Of a stretch of 64,000 nt of DNA, positions 19,313 through 26,728 are shown piece after piece. How positions within the stretch are numbered: the stretch's first letter is position 1; every line of letters starts with the position of its first letter. A program made the position numbers and the translations under genes. The notes below the pieces were generated by a model, which made no database searches, had not been told where the DNA came from, and saw nothing but the letters and a program-made list of their open reading frames with translations. Source of the DNA: Candidatus Eubacterium faecale (GTDB lineage: Bacteria; Bacillota; Clostridia; Oscillospirales; Acutalibacteraceae); assembly GCA_019119185.1 (NCBI GenBank), contig DWXN01000005.1, positions 45,951 through 109,950 of the forward strand. The letters run 5' to 3'.

Positions 19313-19434
19313 ATTGACTCCTCATATATAATCTGATTAAATTATACATCTTTGCGCATAAAAAAATCAAGCAATACAAAATACTGCTTGATTTTAGTTT
19401 ATGTATGTTGCCCTTTGCAGCAATTACGGTATTA

Positions 19435-19965
19435 TTAATTACAATAATATATTCCCCAGTTTTGGAAATCACTTAAAGCAGTACCGCCTGTTAACTCAGC
19501 ACTTTTTGAATCTTTATCATAATCGAATACCAATGTGCCGGAAGAGGTATTCCCGCTTGAAGTCTGGTAATCCAAATACACAGTGATTTCAAGATCGCCG
19601 TCGTCTTCTTTATCTTTTTCAACGGATGTGATGTTGTAATAATCAGCAAGCGATCCGAAATATACGTTCTGCACAGCGCCGAATGACGCGGCAGATTGCA
19701 AATCTGATGGTAGAACGCTGCATACAAGCACAGCATTTGCCTGCTCATCCGTTAACCCGTTTGTTGATCCCCCACCTGCATTAGCCGCTATTGCTATGAT
19801 CAGCACAATAACTATAGGAAACGCTATGTGCTTGATTTTGCTTTTCTTGGGCAGATCTTTAAACCTTTTATAATTTTTTAAAAACTTCAAAAATCTGCCT
19901 GTTAGAAATTCTTTGATTTTTAAGCCGGTTTTCGATACAGTGCTTTTGATATTTTCAGCATCCAT
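19435..19965 (-). CDS. Hypothetical single-TM membrane protein
   Basis: Basic N-terminus, TM IAFPIVIVLIIAIAA, acidic C-domain; likely ATG at 19965. Confidence 0.65.
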   Translation of the reverse strand: MDAENIKSTVSKTGLKIKEFLTGRFLKFLKNYKRFKDLPKKSKIKHIAFPIVIVLIIAIAANAGGGSTNGLTDEQANAVLVCSVLPSDLQSAASFGAVQNVYFGSLADYYNITSVEKDKEDDGDLEITVYLDYQTSSGNTSSGTLVFDYDKDSKSAELTGGTALSDFQNWGIYYCN

Positions 19966-20110
19966 TATTGATTTTCCTTTCCTCATAAGATATGCCGGCA
20001 TATTCAGCCTGTTGTTTCACTATATTTCACGGATTATATGTAACACAACAGATGGGGTATAAGCAATTATCTTTATAAAGATAATTAATTGAGACAGCCC
20101 TTTTATCACT

Positions 20111-20830
20111 CTATAAATATTTTGCGATTTCAAAAAAGTGCCTCATATAACAATCCACATTTCTGTCTTTTGAGATTTTTGGATTTTCCGATCTTTTTTG
20201 ATTCGGCATTTTGTAAGCCGTATGCCACATAGTGATAACTTTATCACCATATTTGGATCTTATTTCGTTTGCAAAATTTGTTTTTCCCAAAACTATAATA
20301 TAATCAGGATCAATCAATTCAATTTCCTTAAATATAAACTCTTTGTACCGCTGAACATAAGCAGGGAATCGTTTGACGTCAACGCTTTTGCCGCCTCCTC
20401 TTTTATTAAGGTTCATAAACGCAACGCTTTTAAGCGCTTTTTTATATTCCTCCTCGGTCGGCGTTTCACGGCTTTGTAAGTTGTTTTTATTAAAAAGGTA
20501 AAACGCCATTCGCCCCATTTTTTCTCTTTGCTTAGGAATATTGTCGTTTACTTTTCCCCCAATAAAATCTTTATACCAGCATATCTGATCATCTTCGCCT
20601 GACGGTCTGTCGTCCTGATAATCCAATATATTTGGTTCTTTCAGTATAAACAAAATTTTGCATTTTGCGTTTTTATAGCACTCTTCGTTAATAATTCCGT
20701 CTTTAATAAATGAATTTTTCTCTATTCCGCCAATAGTGGTTTTATAAAAATCTTTTTCATTATTTTGTTTTTCCTGCCATAATTTGAACAGGCTGTTAAG
20801 ATTGCTGCAGTTTGTTAATTCACCATGCAT
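20111..20830 (-). CDS. Uracil-DNA-glycosylase-like fold protein (putative)
   Basis: KILFILKEP, AFMNLNK, ELIDPDYIIVLG and WH motif order resembles the UDG superfamily; AT-rich. Confidence 0.55.
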   Translation of the reverse strand: MHGELTNCSNLNSLFKLWQEKQNNEKDFYKTTIGGIEKNSFIKDGIINEECYKNAKCKILFILKEPNILDYQDDRPSGEDDQICWYKDFIGGKVNDNIPKQREKMGRMAFYLFNKNNLQSRETPTEEEYKKALKSVAFMNLNKRGGGKSVDVKRFPAYVQRYKEFIFKEIELIDPDYIIVLGKTNFANEIRSKYGDKVITMWHTAYKMPNQKRSENPKISKDRNVDCYMRHFFEIAKYL

Positions 20831-20972
20831 TGCCTAATTACCTCTACTCAAAAAATCATTTGTTTTTCAGCACGCTGCCACAATATCCACAAACCCCGAT
20901 CTGGGTATCCGAACGTCTGTCTGCACTTACGATATTTTTAGCATTAAACCTTGCGGCTTTAAAGTTTTTCTT

Positions 20973-21893
20973 TTATAATTCAACATACGCCACATCGGCG
21001 CCTTCAGCCTGTTGTTTCATTGTATTCCACTGCTCGTCTGTAACACGGCGAATACCACATTCTATAAAATTATTATCATCAATAAAGAATTGTAATAGAA
21101 TACCATCTTTATAAAATCCTACAGTACCTTGGTTTATATAATCTAACATTTCAACATTGATGTCTTCTATCTCGTCATAATCTATAATTCCAAACGCGTG
21201 CAACGCATGACTAGCAACTAAAGCGGATAAAAAAACAGCATCACCTTCGTCGTTACCATAATTTTTCAGCATTTCGATATCAGCAACAGACCTGACTTGG
21301 TAAATACCAGAATCTTTTGTATCTATATAACAACCATACATGCCATGCCCGTTTTCAGATGTATAAGTATATGTAGTAACTGTATCGGTATCAGAAGCTT
21401 CAACATCCACCGTGTCTGAATATTCTAATAGCGAAGATTCGTTGAGTTCCTCGCCATTTTTGTCTTTCGATTGTTGCTGAAGGGTTGAATTAATTTCATT
21501 AATAAAATCATTGGGACTCATATTATAGGCATAGTAATAATCAGAAACACCGTCTTTACTGTCTAACAATCCCGATTCATAATAGATCCAACCGTCATTC
21601 TGGGAAACGCCGCCTGTCCCTTCAGAATCTTCTGAATAATCGGAAGTTACGGCGGAATTTTCATCTGCTGTATCAGTGTCATCCGAAAATACTGCCGCTG
21701 CGAATCCAATGATCATGGGAATGACAAACACCAAGATAAAAACGATAAGCAGCGCTGTTAAAACTTTCTTTTTCTTGGATTTTTTATTACTTTTGGTAAT
21801 CGCTTCGGAAGTATTGCCAACGGGCTGCCCGCAATTGCTACAAAACGATTCCGTTTCGTTTAATTCTTTACCGCAATTTGAACAGTATCTCAT
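20973..21893 (-). CDS. Zinc-ribbon, single-TM membrane protein with acidic extracellular domain
   Basis: CSNC..CSNC, KKSKKKK, TM helix, D/E/S-rich linker. Confidence 0.75.
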   Translation of the reverse strand: MRYCSNCGKELNETESFCSNCGQPVGNTSEAITKSNKKSKKKKVLTALLIVFILVFVIPMIIGFAAAVFSDDTDTADENSAVTSDYSEDSEGTGGVSQNDGWIYYESGLLDSKDGVSDYYYAYNMSPNDFINEINSTLQQQSKDKNGEELNESSLLEYSDTVDVEASDTDTVTTYTYTSENGHGMYGCYIDTKDSGIYQVRSVADIEMLKNYGNDEGDAVFLSALVASHALHAFGIIDYDEIEDINVEMLDYINQGTVGFYKDGILLQFFIDDNNFIECGIRRVTDEQWNTMKQQAEGADVAYVEL

Positions 21894-21993
21894 AAGCTTC
21901 CCCTTTCATAAGTCATTAATATATGTATTTCTGCAACAATTCTATACTAAAAAAAGAGTATCAAAACAAGTAAAAATACTACTATTTGTCATT

Positions 21994-22023
21994 ATTATAT
22001 ACATATAGTAAGTGTTTTGTCAA
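21994..22023 (-). promoter_or_regulatory. SigA-like promoter for the 21893 gene
   Basis: TTGACA-18-TATAAT on the minus strand. Confidence 0.55.
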
Positions 22024-22092
22024 GTTGATTTTGTTTATAATATTAGAGGACTAATATATTGATTAGCAGGACTTCTATTTTGGTGGTAAAAA

Positions 22093-22431
22093 ATGAAACG
22101 GATCAACAACAAAGCGGTAGGCAGGCGCATCAAAGAGCGCCGTATGGAACTTGGATACACGCAGGAACAGCTTTCAGAACTCTGCGGCATTTCCACATCC
22201 TATTTGGGGCACATTGAAAGAGGCGCGCGAACAATTTCCGTAAATATGCTTTATACGCTTTCAGAAGTGCTGAATATGAGTACGGACGAAATTCTGTTTG
22301 ATTCATTTACCACAGATGATTCGCTTTTGGTGCACGTAAGCGCCGTGCTTGAAAAATGCGACGACGAGAAGAAAAAACAATTCTTTTATAACTCGGTAAA
22401 AACGCTTGCAAGCCAAATAGATGAACTGTAA
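22093..22431 (+). CDS. XRE-family HTH transcriptional regulator
   Basis: GRRIKERR..TQEQLSE..ISTSYLGHIERG. Confidence 0.9.
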   Translation: MKRINNKAVGRRIKERRMELGYTQEQLSELCGISTSYLGHIERGARTISVNMLYTLSEVLNMSTDEILFDSFTTDDSLLVHVSAVLEKCDDEKKKQFFYNSVKTLASQIDEL

Positions 22432-22476
22432 AAAATTACCCGTATGCTCATTATAGAGCATACGGGTTTTAAAGTC

Positions 22477-23196
22477 TTAAGCCGCCGGCTTAATTTTATT
22501 AAACTGCTTTTTCAATTCAAAAACGGATGCATAGCGGTTATCCGGAATCGTTTCTATACATTTTTCTATGATTTTTCTGTATCTGCCCGGGTAAAGATAT
22601 GTAAGCGGGTGCTGCCCGGTAAGCAAAATATTCAGCAAAATCCCAAGAGCGTAAATATCGGTTCTGGCATCGGACTGATCTATGCCGTACTGTTCGGGCG
22701 CGGCAAATCCTATGGTGCCAAGCGCCTTTGTGTCGTTAGATTTATATCTGCTGAATATTCTTGCCGCCGAAAAATCAATCAGTTTTACCACGCCGTCTGA
22801 AGAAATCATTATGTTTTCCGGCTTTATATCCCGATGCACAATATTTTCAGAATGCAGCACTGCAAGCACCTCAAAAAGCTGATTCATGATATTTGCGGCG
22901 GCGGATTCCGAATAAGCCCCTTCGCTGAGCACATCTGCAACACTGATACCGTTTATATATTCTTCAACCACCAAACTTTTTTCGCCGTCAAACGATGCCT
23001 GATAGATCTTTGGCAGATGGATATTTACAATCTTTCGCACCAGCGCATACACTTCACACTGCCCGGTAAATTTTTTAAACACGATTTCCTGTTTTGTTTT
23101 TTTATGCCTGTATCTGAGCACAACAGAAGATTCCGTTTTTTTAAGCGCCTGTAAAAATTCAAATTCGCTGTTCAGCGCCTGTTCAAGCCATTCCGT
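22477..23196 (-). CDS. Small Hanks-type Ser/Thr protein kinase; frame open upstream of the track start, to an ACG at 23196
   Basis: VEEYING, HRDIKPEN, DFS, GTIGFAAPE, DIYALG; in frame for 25 codons upstream of the GTG at 23121. Confidence 0.85.
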   Translation of the reverse strand, partial: TEWLEQALNSEFEFLQALKKTESSVVLRYRHKKTKQEIVFKKFTGQCEVYALVRKIVNIHLPKIYQASFDGEKSLVVEEYINGISVADVLSEGAYSESAAANIMNQLFEVLAVLHSENIVHRDIKPENIMISSDGVVKLIDFSAARIFSRYKSNDTKALGTIGFAAPEQYGIDQSDARTDIYALGILLNILLTGQHPLTYLYPGRYRKIIEKCIETIPDNRYASVFELKKQFNKIKPAA

Positions 23197-23265
23197 TTTT
23201 ATTCACCTGCCGCCACTTGTTTTTTTCATTATAACATGATAGACTTTTTTAGGGAAGTGATTGAT

Positions 23266-23694
23266 TTGCCATCATTTAAAAAAAGCACGAATGAGTTGCT
23301 GAGCGCACTGCTTAAAAGCGCAAGCGTTAAAAATTATATTCAGGAAAATAAAACGGAACTTATAGACATCTCGCTCAGTGAATATCTGAATGCAGTGGTT
23401 GCAGAAAAGAACCTGAAGATCTCACAGATTCTAAAAGACGCACAAATCAATCAGATCTACGGCTACCAGATATTTCAGGGAAAGAAACACCCGTCACGGG
23501 ACAAACTGATCTCTATTGCCATAAGCATGAATCTGGAACTTGAAGATATGCAAAAAATGCTTAAGGCGCTTAAGTATCAGCCGCTTTACGCAAGAATTGC
23601 GCGCGACTGCGTCATTATTAAAGGCATTACAGACGGAAATTCCGTTTGCGAAATCAATGAAGAATTATACAACAACGGCTTTGATACACTATAA
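23266..23694 (+). CDS. HTH (XRE-like) DNA-binding protein divergent from the kinase
   Basis: YGYQIFQGKKHPSRDKLISIA; TTG start at 23266 preferred because the ATG at 23236 lies inside a predicted promoter. Confidence 0.7.
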   Translation: MPSFKKSTNELLSALLKSASVKNYIQENKTELIDISLSEYLNAVVAEKNLKISQILKDAQINQIYGYQIFQGKKHPSRDKLISIAISMNLELEDMQKMLKALKYQPLYARIARDCVIIKGITDGNSVCEINEELYNNGFDTL

Positions 23695-23831
23695 AAGCCA
23701 TAAAAACACGCACACATAAAAAAGCACGGACCCGCTGTTGCAGGCCCGCGCTTATGGATAAAATAATGTTAAGAAAAACAGGGCTTTTGCAAATCTGCGA
23801 AAGCCTTGTTTTTTTATTTCATGTATTTCGG

Positions 23832-24116
23832 TTACTGCTCAACAGGGTAAACAGAAACCTTTTTCTTGTTTTTGCCCATTCTCTCAAACTTAACCGTGCC
23901 GTCGATCAAGGCAAAGAGGGTATCGTCTGAACCAATGCCAACATTATTGCCGGGATGGATATGCGTGCCTCTCTGGCGGTAAAGGATATTGCCGGCAAGA
24001 ACAAACTGACCGTCCGCTCTTTTCGCGCCAAGGCGCTTGGATTCGGAATCACGGCCGTTCTTGGTTGAACCCATACCTTTTTTATGAGCAAAAAGCTGAA
24101 TATCTAACTTAAGCAT
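23832..24116 (-). CDS. rpmA: 50S ribosomal protein L27 with N-terminal Prp-cleaved extension
   Basis: LDIQLFA|[14 protein letters not shown]. Confidence 0.97.
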   Translation of the reverse strand: MLKLDIQLFAHKKGMGSTKNGRDSESKRLGAKRADGQFVLAGNILYRQRGTHIHPGNNVGIGSDDTLFALIDGTVKFERMGKNKKKVSVYPVEQ

Positions 24117-24434
24117 TTACTGCACCTCCGAAATTTTAATTTTGATGTTTTCAGGATAATCTTTCTGCAACTCGCTCAAATGGAGCAGCAGCCCTTTCAG
24201 AATATCCTGAGCCGGGATCGGATCATCTTTAATAACCAGTTTCAAATAGCCTTTCTCCGCCTCTGCCGCTGCGGAAAGACCGATCACATCCGTAATGGTG
24301 TTTGCCGCCATAAGGCAGGCGCTTGAAACGAACGCACACAGGATATCCTGCCCGCTCGGCGCGGTCAGCGCGTGGCCTTTTGAAACAAAGCCCGTGTAAA
24401 GATCATGCGATCTGAAAAATTCTGTTTCAATCAT
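24117..24434 (-). CDS. prp: Ribosomal-processing cysteine protease Prp (YsxB)
   Basis: GHA..DILCAFVS; lies between rplU and rpmA. Confidence 0.9.
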   Translation of the reverse strand: MIETEFFRSHDLYTGFVSKGHALTAPSGQDILCAFVSSACLMAANTITDVIGLSAAAEAEKGYLKLVIKDDPIPAQDILKGLLLHLSELQKDYPENIKIKISEVQ

Positions 24435-24439
24435 TTGAA

Positions 24440-24748
24440 TTAAGCGTTGATCTTGGTGATCTCAACCTTGGTATACGGCTGGCGATGACCCATCTTGCGC
24501 TTTTCGTTCTTCTTCGGCTTATAAGTAAATACAGTGATCTTCTTAGCCTTGCCGTTTTTAAGAACCTTGGCGGTAACGGTTGCCTTTGCGCAGTCTTTGC
24601 CGGTTTTGATGCCCTTGTCATTGCTTACAGCAAGAACGTTATCAAAGGTGACTTCGGCATCTGCCTCGGCGCCGAGCTTTTCAACGTAAACAACGTCTCC
24701 CTCGGAAACCTTATACTGCTTGCCGCCGGTTACGATAACAGCGTACAT
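24440..24748 (-). CDS. rplU: 50S ribosomal protein L21
   Basis: [21 protein letters not shown]. Confidence 0.98.
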   Translation of the reverse strand: MYAVIVTGGKQYKVSEGDVVYVEKLGAEADAEVTFDNVLAVSNDKGIKTGKDCAKATVTAKVLKNGKAKKITVFTYKPKKNEKRKMGHRQPYTKVEITKINA

Positions 24749-24830
24749 AGATTTTACCTTCCTTTATTCAAACTCGCTATGGCAGGTGAACACGCGTTTC
24801 TTACATACCTGCAATATGCGGCTTAATAAT
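24749..24830 (-). promoter_or_regulatory. Possible L21 leader RNA
   Basis: Position upstream of rplU and a CACC...GCGAGU-like segment before the RBS; resemblance recalled, not computed. Confidence 0.4.
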
Positions 24831-24869
24831 TATATCATATAAAATAATAATGTCAAGATCTATTTTAAA

Positions 24870-25088
24870 TTATTTATTCACTTCGGGGTTGTCCGTGCGA
24901 CCTAAAATATAATCAGTTGAAACACCGTAAAAATCCGCAAGTTTTATCAATATATCCGACGGAATATCTCTAAGCCCTGTTTCGTAACGATAGTACTGCG
25001 GTTGTTTCATTCCAAGAAAAGACGCTACTTCTGTTTGAGTTTTATCGCTGTCCTCCCTCAAGTCCCTTATTCTTTTGTAAAAAGCCAT
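24870..25088 (-). CDS. Small XRE-family HTH regulator
   Basis: RIRDLRED..TQTEVA..YYRYETG..LADFYGVSTDYILGR; ATG at 25088 behind AAGGTG. Confidence 0.9.
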   Translation of the reverse strand: MAFYKRIRDLREDSDKTQTEVASFLGMKQPQYYRYETGLRDIPSDILIKLADFYGVSTDYILGRTDNPEVNK

Positions 25089-25101
25089 TTTGAACACCTT
25101 T

Positions 25102-25173
25102 ATAACTAATTGGTTATTGACACATTAGCATAAGTATGGTATATTCAAATTAAATTATAACCATTTGGTTATA
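25102..25173 (+). promoter_or_regulatory. SigA promoter flanked by two ATAAC-N6-GTTAT operators
   Basis: TTGACA (25117)-17-TATATT (25140); ataactaattggttat 25102-25117; tataaccatttggttata 25156-25173. Confidence 0.75.
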
Positions 25174-25196
25174 TAATTATGTCTGGAGGTTTTTAT

Positions 25197-26084
25197 ATGG
25201 ATGAAGATATTGAAAAAGAAATATTGAAATGTGAGGAAGAAATAAAAAAGGCTTGGAAAAAAGAGGAATTTTTTATTATATCATATTTTATATCTATAAT
25301 TGCTACTATATATATTTCTTATCGTCTCTTAGGGGATGGATATTTATCTGATTATTTAGCTGAAAAATGGTGGCTTAACTTAATTATTATAATAGTATTA
25401 ACTATTATATCATTAAAAGTTTCTTCCCCTTATTATGATAAGCGAAAAGCTGCTATGCAGAAAAAATTTGAATTACAAAATAAAAAGTCTATTGAATTGG
25501 AAGATAAAAGATACACCAGATACTTAAACGCTTATAAGAGGGACTGTTCAAAATATTCAAAATTTAAATCTTATAAGGGATTAAAAATCGGAGTGCTGGA
25601 TGGACATTTTATGATTATCAGCCTTACCCCTCCTAAAGAACCACAGCATAAAGATGATGGGATGAATATTAAATTAATTAATGCGGTTAAACATGTCCTT
25701 GATATACATCTTGATATACCTTTAAAAGATTTTATTTATTTCAAAAAAGAAGGTTCTGTGCAGTACACAACAGAAGTATCGGGAGGAGGAACTTCTCTTG
25801 GCGGCGCTATTATAGGCGGACTAATAGCAGGCGGCGCAGGTGCAATAATCGGCAGCAGAAAGTCCGTTAAATCTAAAACTGTTGAGCACGATAACAGAGT
25901 AACTATAATAAAAACAAGAAAAGGAGAATATACAGGAGAAGCAGACTTGTACAAGGTATTAATGAAAGTTGTTCCCGAAAAAGAACTAACTCAAATTCTT
26001 GTTACCGAAAAGGAAAATAATAATTCTGCCCTTTCAAACAACGATACCGCCACTTTGCAGGAAAATACAAGCAGTAACAAATAA
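25197..26084 (+). CDS. AT-rich hypothetical membrane protein with two TM helices and a glycine-zipper segment
   Basis: Two N-terminal TM helices; GGAIIGGLIAGGAGAIIG; ATG at 25197 behind GGAGG. Confidence 0.7.
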   Translation: MDEDIEKEILKCEEEIKKAWKKEEFFIISYFISIIATIYISYRLLGDGYLSDYLAEKWWLNLIIIIVLTIISLKVSSPYYDKRKAAMQKKFELQNKKSIELEDKRYTRYLNAYKRDCSKYSKFKSYKGLKIGVLDGHFMIISLTPPKEPQHKDDGMNIKLINAVKHVLDIHLDIPLKDFIYFKKEGSVQYTTEVSGGGTSLGGAIIGGLIAGGAGAIIGSRKSVKSKTVEHDNRVTIIKTRKGEYTGEADLYKVLMKVVPEKELTQILVTEKENNNSALSNNDTATLQENTSSNK

Positions 26085-26159
26085 AGACAAGACAAAAGTT
26101 CATAATTATTAACAATATAAAATAATACTTTACATTTCTGTTTTTGTATGCTATAATGC

Positions 26160-26271
26160 ATTCGCTGAATACGAATTACTCGGATACGGGCGCAGGCGCC
26201 TTTGGCGAGATCACCTACCCGTTTCTGTGTTTTGCGCTTATCGGCAAATAATTTTGAAGAGGTGAAATGAA
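26160..26271 (+). promoter_or_regulatory. Probable S15 leader region
   Basis: Structured leader of about 110 nt before rpsO; inferred from position. Confidence 0.4.
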
Positions 26272-26547
26272 ATGACACAGGCAGAAAAGCAGGCGATCAT
26301 CAAAGAGTACGCAACGCACGAGAACGATACCGGTTCTCCGGAGGTTCAGATTGCAGTTCTTACAACAAGAATCAACGAACTTACCGCGCACCTGAAGATC
26401 CACAAGAAAGATAACCATTCCCGCCGCGGCCTTCTGAAAATGGTTGGTCACAGAAGGAATCTTCTTGCTTATCTTTACAAAACGGATATTAACAGATACC
26501 GTGCGCTTGTTGCAAAACTCGGCATCCGTGATACTCTTGACAGATAA
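26272..26547 (+). CDS. rpsO: 30S ribosomal protein S15
   Basis: [21 protein letters not shown]. Confidence 0.98.
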   Translation: MTQAEKQAIIKEYATHENDTGSPEVQIAVLTTRINELTAHLKIHKKDNHSRRGLLKMVGHRRNLLAYLYKTDINRYRALVAKLGIRDTLDR

Positions 26548-26728
26548 TTTTTTGCAGGCGGCAGAAATTGCCGTCTGCTTTTTATCTTTAAAACCGCCCG
26601 CAAGGGCTTAAAATGACCGTAAGGAGGCAGAGAAATAGTAGTAAATTGAGGGCGTAAACCGCTTTGCGCATTGAATTTATTACTATTGCGCCTCCTTTGG
26701 AATATAAAAACAAAAGTGAGGTAAAATT

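Noticed and set aside
18132-26271. Whole region as a prophage or ICE
   Set aside because: There is no integrase, relaxase, structural gene or terminal att pair, and core ribosomal genes interrupt it.
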